Shown here: positions 1 to 9,483 of the stretch, in pieces | Position numbering within the stretch: position 1 is the first letter of the stretch | Layout of the letters: each line of letters begins with the position of its first letter | Assembly: GCF_040382755.1 (NCBI RefSeq) | Contig: NZ_JBEIET010000001.1 | Span: 2,396 to 66,395 of the forward strand | DNA length: 64,000 nucleotides | Source of the DNA: Flavobacterium sp. | GTDB taxonomy: Bacteria; Bacteroidota; Bacteroidia; Flavobacteriales; Flavobacteriaceae | Reading direction: 5' to 3' | Position numbers and translations under genes: made by a program | The notes under the pieces: model-generated | The model's database searches: none | What the model saw: the letters and a program-made list of their open reading frames with translations, nothing else | Told to the model about the DNA's origin: nothing

Positions 1-450
1 TAAAATAGAAATCAAATTAATAATTCGATCCATACCATTTGTAGTGGATAAATCAATTATTTTTGAAACTATCGACTCATCAGCCTCAAAACTAATTCCT
101 CGTATTGCGTTTTCAAGCATATTTTTTATTGATATACTTTCATTTAATTCTAAAAACGGGGCAATAAATTCATTTGAAAACTGAATTACAACGGCATCAG
201 AGTCTATATCATCATTCGATTTTCCTGACCATGTATGTGGTAAATTACTACCCAGTAATACTAAATCACCATCAGTAAAATACTCATATGAATCACCTAC
301 AATTCGATACCCTTTTCCTTTTACAATATAGGTTAATTCAAATTCTGGGTGATAATGCCATTTAAACTGAAAATAGGGAACTTGATACCGAAAAGCATGA
401 AAACTTGATGTTCCTTTATTTGATTTGATATCTTCTAAAATAGCTTTCAT
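1..450 (-). CDS. AraC family transcriptional regulator, N-terminal cupin/sensor part; the C-terminal HTH lies beyond the window edge
   Basis: Not in the supplied ORF track. My reverse translation from the ATG (rc of 448-450) gives MKAILEDIKSNKGTSSFHAFRYQVPYFQFKWHYHPEFELTYIVKGKGYRIVGDSYEYFTDGDLVLLGSNLPHTW..., which is open to position 1. This is a cupin-type effector domain typical of AraC/XylS regulators. It is divergent from the glycan operon. Confidence 0.7.
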   Translation of the reverse strand, partial: MKAILEDIKSNKGTSSFHAFRYQVPYFQFKWHYHPEFELTYIVKGKGYRIVGDSYEYFTDGDLVLLGSNLPHTWSGKSNDDIDSDAVVIQFSNEFIAPFLELNESISIKNMLENAIRGISFEADESIVSKIIDLSTTNGMDRIINLISIL

Positions 451-601
451 AACAATAAATTGACATTATAACATAAAAATGAATAAAAAAAATTCAATAT
501 AGTGTTACAAATTAACAATTTTATGTTAAATCAAACAAACAAGTTTAAATAATTTTGAATATTAGCTTTTAATAAAATATTTACTTTTAATTCAATACAC
601 A

Positions 602-1417
602 ATGCAATCAATATCAGAATTTCTTAACGAACCGTATTCATTGACTTCAGAACAAATTAATTTTTACCAAAAAAATCGATACATCAAATTGAAAGAAGTG
701 CTAAATGAAGAAGCAGTTGATTTCTTCAATGAAGCGATTACCAAGCAAGTAAATATCATGAATCAAGAGCAAACGGCACTTGAAGAAAGAACAACTTATG
801 GAAAAGCGTTTTTGCAATTATTCAATTTATGGTTAGAAAATGAAGTTGTTAAGGAACTGATTTTCAGTAAACGTATTGCAAAAATAGCATCAGATTTGAT
901 GCAAGTAAATGGTGTTCGATTATACCACGACCAAGCCTTATATAAAGAAGCAGGAGGCGGCATTACGCCTTGGCACGCCGATCAGTATTATTGGCCATTG
1001 GAAACTGATAAAACGGTTACGGCTTGGATTCCGTTACAAGCTACACCACTTGAAATGGGTCCGTTAGAATTTAGCGCTGGGAGTCACACAATAGTAGAAG
1101 GACGCGAGTTAGAAATTGGTGATGAAAGTGAAGAATTGATTCAGAAGAAATTACGTGTAACCGATTTTGAGCATGTGATTGAACCATTTGACGTGGGAGA
1201 AATTAGTTTTCATTCGGGTTGGGTTTTTCATCGTGCAGGTGCAAATGTTACCAACGAAATGCGAAAAGTAATGACCATAATTTATATGGATAAAGATATG
1301 AAATTAAAAAATCCTGAAAATCAAAATCAAATTCACGATTGGAATACTTGGTGTCCGGGCGCTAAAGTAGGTGAAATAATTAATTCGCCAATTAATCCTG
1401 TATTATATGCTGAATAA
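602..1417 (+). CDS. phytanoyl-CoA dioxygenase (PhyH) family Fe(II)/2-oxoglutarate oxygenase
   Basis: 271 aa. WHADQYYWP (His-x-Asp) and the distal FHSGWVFHRAG His match the PhyH-type facial triad. First gene of the tightly packed operon. Confidence 0.75.
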   Translation: MQSISEFLNEPYSLTSEQINFYQKNRYIKLKEVLNEEAVDFFNEAITKQVNIMNQEQTALEERTTYGKAFLQLFNLWLENEVVKELIFSKRIAKIASDLMQVNGVRLYHDQALYKEAGGGITPWHADQYYWPLETDKTVTAWIPLQATPLEMGPLEFSAGSHTIVEGRELEIGDESEELIQKKLRVTDFEHVIEPFDVGEISFHSGWVFHRAGANVTNEMRKVMTIIYMDKDMKLKNPENQNQIHDWNTWCPGAKVGEIINSPINPVLYAE

Positions 1418-2249
1418 TATGGAAATCAAATACATATGTACCTTTTGGGGTTGTGAACATCTTTCAGCAAAACAATTTCTATCAAATGTTTTGGAAAATG
1501 GCTACGATGGCGTAGAAATTAATTTTCCTGATGATGAACATTTTATCGCGGAATTTAATGCTGAATTAGAACGCATCAGAAATACTATAAACCCTAATTT
1601 TATTTTCATAGCCCAACAAGTGCTCCCTAATAAAAAAGAAACAGTTAACGAATATATTGATAGAATTACACAACGTTTAGAATTTTTAATCCAATTAAAA
1701 CCAAATTATATTAATTCTCACACCGGAAAAGATTTTTTTGATTTTAGTGATAATTGTAAAATCATTGAAATCTGCAATAAACTTACAAGAGTTTCTGGAA
1801 TACCTATTTGGCACGAAATTCATCGAGGGCGATTTTCATTTCATTTAAAAACATTAGTTAGTTACTTGGATATTTTTCCAAAAATAAATTTAATAGCCGA
1901 TTTTTCACATTTTTCTGTAGTTTCGGAAAGTGATTTACACGATCAATACGATTTGCTTTCTAAAATATACTCAAATATTAAACACATTCATGCACGTATT
2001 GGTTTTGAACAAAGTCCGCAAGTAAACAATCCGTTTGCGCCAGAATGGAAAACCTATTTAGAGCAGTATTTAAGTTGGTGGAAAGAAATTATAGCTATTC
2101 AAAAGAATAAAAAAAGTGCAATTTGCACCATTACTCCAGAGTTTGGACCTTTTCCCTATATGCCTCAAGAACCATTTACTAAGAAACCGCTTTCTAATCA
2201 ATGGGAAATAAACCTTCAAATGAAAAACTATTTACAACAAAATCTTTAA
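1407..2249 (+). CDS. sugar phosphate isomerase/epimerase (xylose-isomerase-like TIM barrel)
   Basis: 280 aa with TIM-barrel AP-endonuclease-2/xylose-isomerase-like composition (GYDGVEINFP..., HIHARIG). An alternative ATG at 1419 lies 1 nt after the upstream stop. Confidence 0.6.
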   Translation: MLNNMEIKYICTFWGCEHLSAKQFLSNVLENGYDGVEINFPDDEHFIAEFNAELERIRNTINPNFIFIAQQVLPNKKETVNEYIDRITQRLEFLIQLKPNYINSHTGKDFFDFSDNCKIIEICNKLTRVSGIPIWHEIHRGRFSFHLKTLVSYLDIFPKINLIADFSHFSVVSESDLHDQYDLLSKIYSNIKHIHARIGFEQSPQVNNPFAPEWKTYLEQYLSWWKEIIAIQKNKKSAICTITPEFGPFPYMPQEPFTKKPLSNQWEINLQMKNYLQQNL

Positions 2250-2254
2250 ATCAT

Positions 2255-3619
2255 ATGGCTAAAAATAACAAAAACTACATTCTTTTTATAGCATTAAGCG
2301 CCGCATTGGGTGGCTTATTATTTGGATATGATACAGCCGTTATATCTGGTGCTATCGGAAATTTAACCGAATTTTTCCATTTATCGCCTGTTGAAACAGG
2401 TTGGGCAATTTCTAGCGCATTGGTGGGTTGTTTAATTGGTGCTTTTTTCTCCGATTTTTTAAGCGATACGTTTGGACGAAAAGTAACCATGCTCATTACA
2501 GCGATACTTTTCATTCTAAATTCTGTCGGAACGGCCTTCCCTACTTCGTTTACGATGTTTGTACTATTTCGTATTGTTGGTGGAATTGGTGTTGGAATTG
2601 CCTCTATGGTTGTACCTATGTATATTGCCGAAATTGCACCGCCTAAACGACGCGGCGCCTTAGTAGGAAACTATCAATTGGCTATTGTAATTGGTATTGT
2701 GGTGGTCTATTTTGTAAATTACTTTATCGCATTACAGGGTGATGCCAATTGGAATTTGAATATCGGTTGGCGATGGATGTTTGGCTCTGAAATTATTCCT
2801 TCGCTCCTATTTCTATTTTTTATTTTTCTAATTCCAGAAAGTCCTAGATGGTTGTTTCAAAAAGGTGAAACCAGCAAAGCTATTGCAATTCTTCAAAAAT
2901 TAAATACGGCTGAAGAGGTAGCTCAAGTTCAATCTGAAATTGAAAATTCATTACATCAGGAAGATAAAAATCAATGGAAACATTTAGGTAGTCCTATGTT
3001 TAAAAAAGCACTTTTTGTAGGTATCGGACTTTCTATTTTACAGCAATTAACCGGAATTAATGCCATATTGTATTATGCTCCAGAAATCTTTAAAAGCTTA
3101 GGAAGTTCTACCGATGTTTCGCTGTTAGAAACCAGTATTCTAGGTGTTGTGAATTTAATTTTCACTTTGTTTGCCATTAAATTAGTAGATAAAATGGGTC
3201 GAAAACCACTGCTTTACATCGGTTCTATCGGTATGACTATTGCCTTAGCTGCGGTTGGTCTTTTCATTTATTTTGATGCTGTTGGTAATTGGGTCTTACC
3301 ATTCTTATTGCTATTTATGGGCGCTTTTAGTATTTCTTGGGGTCCAATTGTATGGGTATTATTATCTGAAATTTTTCCAACTAAAATAAGAAGTTTAGCT
3401 TTGGCTATTAGTGTTTTCATTCAATGGGTGGCAAATTTTGTGGTAACTCAATTTTTTCCTACTTTAGTTGAAAACCAATGGTTGAAAGATCATTTTAATG
3501 GTGCATTTCCATTTTATTTGTTTTCTGTAATTTGCTTATTTTCATTATTTTTTGTTTGGAAAAAAGTGCCTGAAACCAAGAATAAAACCCTCGAACAAAT
3601 GGATACTTTATGGAAATAA
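2255..3619 (+). CDS. MFS sugar porter (sugar:H+ symporter family)
   Basis: Motifs LGGLLFGYDTAVISGA, GRK, PESPRWL and PETKNKTLEQM, with 12 predicted TM segments. I chose the ATG at 2255 (MAKNNKNY), just after the upstream stop, rather than the 2201 ORF start. Confidence 0.9.
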   Translation: MAKNNKNYILFIALSAALGGLLFGYDTAVISGAIGNLTEFFHLSPVETGWAISSALVGCLIGAFFSDFLSDTFGRKVTMLITAILFILNSVGTAFPTSFTMFVLFRIVGGIGVGIASMVVPMYIAEIAPPKRRGALVGNYQLAIVIGIVVVYFVNYFIALQGDANWNLNIGWRWMFGSEIIPSLLFLFFIFLIPESPRWLFQKGETSKAIAILQKLNTAEEVAQVQSEIENSLHQEDKNQWKHLGSPMFKKALFVGIGLSILQQLTGINAILYYAPEIFKSLGSSTDVSLLETSILGVVNLIFTLFAIKLVDKMGRKPLLYIGSIGMTIALAAVGLFIYFDAVGNWVLPFLLLFMGAFSISWGPIVWVLLSEIFPTKIRSLALAISVFIQWVANFVVTQFFPTLVENQWLKDHFNGAFPFYLFSVICLFSLFFVWKKVPETKNKTLEQMDTLWK

Positions 3620-5766
3620 AAAAAATCAATTATTGTATATTGTTTTTGCTTACTATTTTAGGTGTAAATGCTCAAAACAATGCCAAGTTTGTAAATACTT
3701 TTATAGGAACTGATGGAACAGGCCATACGTTCCCAGGCCCTTCTATGCCTTTTGGAATGGTGCAACCGGGACCTGACAATTCAATTGAAGGTTGGAATCA
3801 CACGAGCGGCTATCAATACAAAGACACGTTACTTTTAGGTTTTTCACAAATGCGTTTTAGTGGCACAGGAATTGGCGAAATGGGTAATATTCTTTTATTG
3901 CCGTTCAATCAAAATAAAATAAAATACAAGAATAGTTATCATAAAGACTCAGAAAAATCGAGTGTTGGTTATTACACTTTAACTAAGAAAGATGGTATTA
4001 AAGTAGAATTAACGTGTTCAGAAAGAGTAGCTTTTCATAAATATACTTATCCTAACAAACAAGCGCAATTGTTGTTGGATTTTCAACACGGAATTCAATT
4101 TTTAAACGATAGTTTGGTGTTAGAGAATGATATTAAAATTGAAAACAATACAACGATTTCAGGGTATTGTAAAACCAAAGGTTGGGTAACCAAAAAATAT
4201 TTTTTTACGATACATTTTGATAGTCCTTTTTCTGCAATACAAGAGCTTCCGAAAGGTAAAAAGCAAAATGCACCGATATTTAAAATTGATTTTGATTTAT
4301 CGGATAATAAAATTTTACTTACGAAAATTGCATTATCTACTGTTAGTATTGAAGGTGCACAATTGAACTTGAAATCTGAGATACTGCATTGGAACTTTGA
4401 AAAAGTAAAACTAAATGCCGAGAAAGTTTGGAATGATTATCTCAACCGAATTGACTTCGAAGCACCTCAAAAACAAAAAGAAATCTTTTATACTTCGCTA
4501 TACCATTTATTATTACAACCCTCAAATATTGCCGATGTAGATGGCAACTATCGCGGCGCTAATGATGCAATCAATAATGCTACAAATAAGGAATATTACT
4601 CCACTTTATCTATTTGGGATATTTACAGAGGTGCTTTTCCGTTGTTGCAAATTATTGCGCCTGAAAAAATTGATGGAATTATAAATACCTTATTATTACA
4701 TCACAAAGCCGCTGGATTTTTACCTATTTGGACGGCTTGGGGACAAGATAATTATTGTATGATTGGCAATCACGCAATACCGATGATTTTATCGGCTTAT
4801 ACTAATGGATTTATGGGTTTTGATAAAAACGAAGCATTCAAAGCTATGATTGAAACTTCAGCCAAAAGTCACATTAATTCCGATTGGGAATTGTATAATC
4901 AATATGGCTATTATCCCTTTGATAAATTAGATAATGAAGCGGTTTCAAGAACGTTAGAAAGTGGCTATGACGATTGGTGTGTAGCCGAAATGGCTGAAAA
5001 ATTGAACGATAAAGCAACCTATTCAAATTTCACTAAAAGAGCTAATTTCTACAAAAATCTATTTGACACATCAACCCAACTCTTTCGAGGTAAAGATACC
5101 AATGGCAATTGGAGAACGCCATTTGACCCTTTGACAGCTACCTCACCCATGAACAATCCAGGCGATTATACCGAAGCCAATGCTTGGCAATACTTTTGGA
5201 CTCCAGCGCAATATGATGTAAAGGGTATGAAAAATCTATTGGGAGGAACATCGGCTTTCACCAAAAAATTAAATGATTTTTTTACCATTGAAAGTGTCAA
5301 TCCAAATAAATTTTTAGGACAAGAAGCCATGATTGGACAATATGCTCATGGTAACGAACCGAGTCATCATATAGTGTATTTATATGCTTTTTCCGATACA
5401 CCAAAAGTGGGACAAAAATACATTCATAAAATTATCAACGAATTTCACAATAATACACCAGATGGAATGATAGGAAATGACGATTGCGGACAAATGTCGG
5501 CTTGGTATATTTTGTCTACGCTAGGTTTTTATCCTGTAAATCCTGCCAATGGCGAGTTTGTTTTGGGAGTGCCTCAAGTCAAAAACGCAACAATCCATTT
5601 AAAAAATAATAAAAAATTTACTATAAGTACATCTAATTTTTCTGAAGATAATAGTTATTCAAACACTCAAAAACTTAATAATAAAGAATTAAATAAACCA
5701 ATTATAAACTATTCGGATATTATAAATGGCGGAACACTTATTTTTCAAATGACAAATCAATACTAA
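3610..5766 (+). CDS. GH92 family alpha-mannosidase, secreted
   Basis: 718 aa with an N-terminal signal peptide. FIGTDGTGHTFPGPSMPFGMVQPGPD and GNDDCGQMSAWY are hallmark GH92 motifs. The start overlaps the transporter stop by 10 nt. Confidence 0.9.
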   Translation: MEIKKINYCILFLLTILGVNAQNNAKFVNTFIGTDGTGHTFPGPSMPFGMVQPGPDNSIEGWNHTSGYQYKDTLLLGFSQMRFSGTGIGEMGNILLLPFNQNKIKYKNSYHKDSEKSSVGYYTLTKKDGIKVELTCSERVAFHKYTYPNKQAQLLLDFQHGIQFLNDSLVLENDIKIENNTTISGYCKTKGWVTKKYFFTIHFDSPFSAIQELPKGKKQNAPIFKIDFDLSDNKILLTKIALSTVSIEGAQLNLKSEILHWNFEKVKLNAEKVWNDYLNRIDFEAPQKQKEIFYTSLYHLLLQPSNIADVDGNYRGANDAINNATNKEYYSTLSIWDIYRGAFPLLQIIAPEKIDGIINTLLLHHKAAGFLPIWTAWGQDNYCMIGNHAIPMILSAYTNGFMGFDKNEAFKAMIETSAKSHINSDWELYNQYGYYPFDKLDNEAVSRTLESGYDDWCVAEMAEKLNDKATYSNFTKRANFYKNLFDTSTQLFRGKDTNGNWRTPFDPLTATSPMNNPGDYTEANAWQYFWTPAQYDVKGMKNLLGGTSAFTKKLNDFFTIESVNPNKFLGQEAMIGQYAHGNEPSHHIVYLYAFSDTPKVGQKYIHKIINEFHNNTPDGMIGNDDCGQMSAWYILSTLGFYPVNPANGEFVLGVPQVKNATIHLKNNKKFTISTSNFSEDNSYSNTQKLNNKELNKPIINYSDIINGGTLIFQMTNQY

Positions 5767-5768
5767 TT

Positions 5769-7688
5769 ATGAGAAATATTCATAAAACACTACTAATTTT
5801 GACTTTATTCTCTTTGACAATACATGGTCAAAACCAAAATAAAGTGGCTGAAAAATATCAAATACTACCTTTTGGAAGCATCAAGCCAACTGGCTGGCTG
5901 AAGACACAAATGCAAAAAGATGTTGATGGTTTTGTGGGCAATTTGGATAAATTGGTCCCTGACTTAATCAATGACCCCATTTATAGCTCTGGAAGACTTC
6001 ACAAAAATAGTACGGTTAAAGATTTAGGGAACAATAAAGAAGGTGATGCAGAAGGTAGCGAACAATACAAATGGTGGAACAGCGAAACACAATCCAATTG
6101 GTGGGATGGGTACATTCGAAATGTAATCCTATTGAATGACAAAGCAGGGCTTAAAAAAGTAGAACAATATGTTCAAAAAGTTTTGAAATCGCAAGATGAA
6201 GACGGTTATATTGGCATTTACGATAAAGAATTACGTTACCAATTCAACTCTGAAAATGGCGAGTTATGGTCAAAAGCTACTATGTATCGTGGTTTACTGG
6301 CGTATTATGAGTATTCAAAAGACAAAAAAGTATGGAATGCTATTGTGAAAGCTGTAGATAATGTAATGACAAATTATCCAATAGGTAAATCAAGTCCGTT
6401 TGAATCAGGCAAAGCATTTAATGGTGGCGTATCACACGGATTAACGTTTACCGATGTTTTAGATAAAATGTATCAAATCACAGGCGATACAAAATATGCA
6501 GACTATGCCCTATTTTTATTTTTGGATTTTAGCAAAACCTATCAATCCGAAAAAGACGTTCAATTGAACAATATTTTAAATCCAAACTACAAGTTACAAT
6601 CGCATGGTGTGCATACCTACGAGCATTTACGTCCATTATTAGTTGCCACTTATGCTGATAAAAATACTGAATTACAAAAAGCATTGGAGATTTACATTCA
6701 ACGAATTGAGAACACCACAACACTAACAGGTGGGGCTATTGGCGATGAATGGATTGCCGAAAGAACTGCAGATGCAACCCATACAGGTTATGAATATTGT
6801 TCGTTACATGAATTATTAGACAGTTATACCGTTTTATTACAAAAGCAAGGAAATCCTAAAACGGCAGAAGTCATAGAGACTATTTTCTACAATGCAGCTC
6901 AAGGTTCTAGAAACCCGAATCATTCTTGTATTGCTTATTTAAAGACCGACAATTCGTATGAAATGATGGGTACAAAAAATGGTGAAGTGGAGCCTAACCG
7001 AAATCAAACCAGATACAAATATTCGCCCGCACATCAAGATGTAGCTGTTTGTTGCAATCCCAATGCTGGTAGAATTACTCCTTATTTCATTGAAAAATCA
7101 TGGCTAAAAGAAAACGAAAATACGCTTGTAAATGTGCTTTTAATGCCTAATTCTGTAGAAACAAAAATTCAAAATCAATTCATTAAAATTGAAACAATTA
7201 CCGAATATCCATATGAGAATAAATTTACTTTCAAGATTTCAAATCCTACTTATGCGCAACCTATAATCAAAATTAGAAAACCAGCATGGGCTAGTAAAGT
7301 TATAACTAATGAAAGCTATGTTTTGGAAAATGATTTCATAGTTATTGATAGAAAATTTGAAAATGAGGATAAAATTCAAATTGAATTTAAAACCGAAATT
7401 CAAATTAAAGTAGATGCAAATCAAGAGAAATACTTTAGCTACGGCGCATTGTTTTATGCAAAACCCATCGATGCTATTGAGCAAAGAGGAAAATCGTATT
7501 TCACTAATTTTAATGATTTAACCTATAAGCCAATTAATACCAATCGTTTTGAATTTATTGAAGAAAATCAAGCTTCCTTGAATAATGGTCAAATTATTTT
7601 GAATGCCAAAAATAAAACAACCAATCAAATAGAAAATATTAGACTTATCCCATTTGGCAAAACCATTTTAAGACAAGTTAGTTTTTAA
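5769..7688 (+). CDS. GH127-like glycoside hydrolase (DUF1680, beta-L-arabinofuranosidase family), secreted
   Basis: 639 aa with a signal peptide. GYEYCSLHE and VAVCCNPNAGR match the Glu/Cys zinc site and Cys-Cys nucleophile pattern of GH127. Confidence 0.75.
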   Translation: MRNIHKTLLILTLFSLTIHGQNQNKVAEKYQILPFGSIKPTGWLKTQMQKDVDGFVGNLDKLVPDLINDPIYSSGRLHKNSTVKDLGNNKEGDAEGSEQYKWWNSETQSNWWDGYIRNVILLNDKAGLKKVEQYVQKVLKSQDEDGYIGIYDKELRYQFNSENGELWSKATMYRGLLAYYEYSKDKKVWNAIVKAVDNVMTNYPIGKSSPFESGKAFNGGVSHGLTFTDVLDKMYQITGDTKYADYALFLFLDFSKTYQSEKDVQLNNILNPNYKLQSHGVHTYEHLRPLLVATYADKNTELQKALEIYIQRIENTTTLTGGAIGDEWIAERTADATHTGYEYCSLHELLDSYTVLLQKQGNPKTAEVIETIFYNAAQGSRNPNHSCIAYLKTDNSYEMMGTKNGEVEPNRNQTRYKYSPAHQDVAVCCNPNAGRITPYFIEKSWLKENENTLVNVLLMPNSVETKIQNQFIKIETITEYPYENKFTFKISNPTYAQPIIKIRKPAWASKVITNESYVLENDFIVIDRKFENEDKIQIEFKTEIQIKVDANQEKYFSYGALFYAKPIDAIEQRGKSYFTNFNDLTYKPINTNRFEFIEENQASLNNGQIILNAKNKTTNQIENIRLIPFGKTILRQVSF

Positions 7689-7690
7689 AA

Positions 7691-7724
7691 CAAAAAACCT
7701 CGATATAACTATCGAGGTTTTTTT
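7691..7724. terminator. bidirectional rho-independent terminator (glycan operon / tRNA cluster)
   Basis: ACCTCGATA (7697-7705) pairs with TATCGAGGT (7710-7718) around a 4-nt loop. An A-run lies upstream and a T-run downstream. It abuts the tRNA-Arg 3' end. Confidence 0.8.
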
Positions 7725-7725
7725 G

Positions 7726-7799
7726 TGATCGCGCCAGGATTCGAACCTGGGACCTACTCATTAGAAGTGAGTTGCTCTATCCAGCTGAGCTACGCAACC
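7726..7799 (-). tRNA. tRNA-Arg (anticodon TCT)
   Basis: Folded by hand. The 74-nt sequence is GGTTGCGTAGCTCAGCTGGATAGAGCAACTCACTTCTAATGAGTAGGTCCCAGGTTCGAATCCTGGCGCGATCA. The anticodon stem is ACTCA/TGAGT, the loop is CTTCTAA, and the T-loop is GGTTCGAATCC. Confidence 0.9.
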
Positions 7800-7872
7800 T
7801 AAATTTTTATACTTTTGACAACCAAATGTTGTCGGGGGCTTGTCCCGATTCTATCGAGTTAGCCTATTTTTG

Positions 7873-7947
7873 TCGGGGTGGCAGGATTCGAACCTGCGGC
7901 CTCCTGCTCCCAAAGCAGGCGCGATAACCGGGCTACGCTACACCCCG
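7873..7947 (-). tRNA. tRNA-Pro (anticodon TGG)
   Basis: Folded by hand. The 75-nt sequence is CGGGGTGTAGCGTAGCCCGGTTATCGCGCCTGCTTTGGGAGCAGGAGGCCGCAGGTTCGAATCCTGCCACCCCGA. The anticodon stem is CCTGC/GCAGG and the loop is TTTGGGA, with G37. Confidence 0.9.
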
Positions 7948-7955
7948 AAAAAAAG

Positions 7956-8039
7956 CGGAGAGACAGGGACTCGAACCCTGGCGACAGTCACCCGTCGACA
8001 GATTAGCAATCTGCTCCGTTACCACTCCGGCACCTCTCC
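7956..8039 (-). tRNA. tRNA-Ser (anticodon GCT), class II with long variable arm
   Basis: Folded by hand. The 84-nt sequence starts GGAGAGGTGCCGGAGTGGTAACGGAGCAGATTGCTAATCTGT. The loop is TTGCTAA, the variable arm is long (CGACGGGTGACTGTCG), and the T-arm is CAGGGTTCGAGTCCCTG. Confidence 0.9.
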
Positions 8040-8078
8040 TATTAATTCCGCAAAGAATTATCCTTTTTTGCGGTTGCA

Positions 8079-8086
8079 AATATAGG
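8079..8086 (-). promoter_or_regulatory. candidate -7 box (TATATTTG on the minus strand) for the tRNA Ser-Pro-Arg transcription unit
   Basis: CAAATATA on the plus strand is TATATTTG on the minus strand, about 40 nt upstream of the tRNA-Ser 5' end. It matches the Bacteroidota TAnnTTTG consensus. Confidence 0.5.
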
Positions 8087-8293
8087 ATAACATTCTTTTA
8101 TTTCCAATTAAAAAATAGTATAATTTTTAAATTTAAAACAAACCTGCTAAATATCAACATCATACAGAAAAAATCATATTGGACTTCTATTCATTTTTTC
8201 TTTTGAATGTCTATTATATCTCATTAAAAAAGCAATAAATTGTTTAAAATTTGGTAAAATTTTGTTACTTTCGCAAAACAAAATTGAAACAAA

Positions 8294-9472
8294 ATGAATA
8301 AAAAAGTAGTAATTGTATCCGCTGTGAGAACGCCAATTGGAAGTTTTATGGGCGCATTATCAAGTGTACCTGCAACTAAATTAGGAGCAGCAGCGATTAA
8401 AGGTGCTTTAAATAAAATAAATTTAAACCCTTCTTTAGTAGACGAAGTAATAATGGGTAATGTGGTTCAGGCTGGTAATGGTCAAGCACCTGCTCGTCAG
8501 GCTGCATTATTTGCTGGATTATCTAATGAAGTAATATGTACCACTATAAATAAAGTTTGTGCATCTGGAATGAAAGCAGTAATGCAAGGCGCTCAAGCAA
8601 TTATGGCTGGAGATGCAGAAATTATTGTGGCTGGTGGTATGGAAAACATGAGTTTAATTCCACATTATGCACATTTAAGAAATGGCGTAAAGTTTGGTCC
8701 TACAACTTTTGTGGATGGGATGCAAAAAGATGGGCTTATTGATGCTTATGATGGGAATGCTATGGGTGTTTCAGCTGATTTATGTGCTACAGAACATAGT
8801 ATTTCTCGTGAAGAACAAGATAATTTTGCCATTCAATCTTACACACGTTCAGCTTCTGCTTGGGATGCTGGTAAATTTGATGCCGAAATTGTTCCTGTTG
8901 AAGTACCACAAAGAAAAGGAGATCCAATAATAGTTTCTAAAGACGAAGAATACACTAATGTAAAATTAGATCGTATACCTACTTTAGCTGCTGTTTTTAC
9001 AAAAGAAGGAACAGTTACTGCGGCAAATGCTTCAACTATTAATGACGGTGCTGCTGCATTGGTATTAATGAGTGAAGAAAAAGCAAATGAATTAGGTTTA
9101 AAACCTTTAGCATTCATTAAATCATACGCAGATGCGGCACAGGAGCCTAAATGGTTCACAACGGCGCCTGCAAAAGCATTACCAAAAGCATTAGACAAAG
9201 CTGGAATAACCCTTTCGGATGTTGACTTTTTTGAGTTTAATGAAGCTTTTTCAGTTGTAGGCTTAGCTAATGCTAAAATTTTAGGATTAGATAATGATAA
9301 AATAAATGTTAATGGAGGTGCTGTTTCATTAGGTCATCCATTAGGATGTTCTGGTGCAAGAATTATCGTAACATTAATAAATGTACTTGAGCAAAACAAT
9401 GCAAAAATTGGTGCTGCAGCTATCTGTAATGGTGGTGGTGGTGCTTCTGCAATTGTTATTGAAAGAGCATAA
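8294..9472 (+). CDS. acetyl-CoA C-acetyltransferase (thiolase II)
   Basis: 392 aa. The active-site Cys context is NKVCASGMKA, and the C-terminal motifs are GHPLGCSGARI and CNGGGGASA. Confidence 0.92.
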   Translation: MNKKVVIVSAVRTPIGSFMGALSSVPATKLGAAAIKGALNKINLNPSLVDEVIMGNVVQAGNGQAPARQAALFAGLSNEVICTTINKVCASGMKAVMQGAQAIMAGDAEIIVAGGMENMSLIPHYAHLRNGVKFGPTTFVDGMQKDGLIDAYDGNAMGVSADLCATEHSISREEQDNFAIQSYTRSASAWDAGKFDAEIVPVEVPQRKGDPIIVSKDEEYTNVKLDRIPTLAAVFTKEGTVTAANASTINDGAAALVLMSEEKANELGLKPLAFIKSYADAAQEPKWFTTAPAKALPKALDKAGITLSDVDFFEFNEAFSVVGLANAKILGLDNDKINVNGGAVSLGHPLGCSGARIIVTLINVLEQNNAKIGAAAICNGGGGASAIVIERA

Positions 9473-9483
9473 ATTATAACGGC

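Noticed and set aside
1-8039. Glycan operon as a tRNA-integrated genomic island (it abuts the 3' end of tRNA-Arg)
   Set aside because: No integrase, no direct repeat of the tRNA 3' end, and no obvious compositional break is visible within the window. The adjacency is explained by a shared bidirectional terminator.
7840-8085. 81-aa plus-strand ORF in the supplied track
   Set aside because: It lies entirely over the three minus-strand tRNA genes (Pro and Ser fold canonically). Its GC-rich reading frame is a by-product of tRNA sequence.
8086-8293. Long AT-rich gap between the tRNA cluster and the thiolase gene, considered as a possible ncRNA or riboswitch
   Set aside because: I could find no conserved-looking stems, GC-rich helices or known riboswitch cores by eye. 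The gap most likely holds only the divergent promoters.
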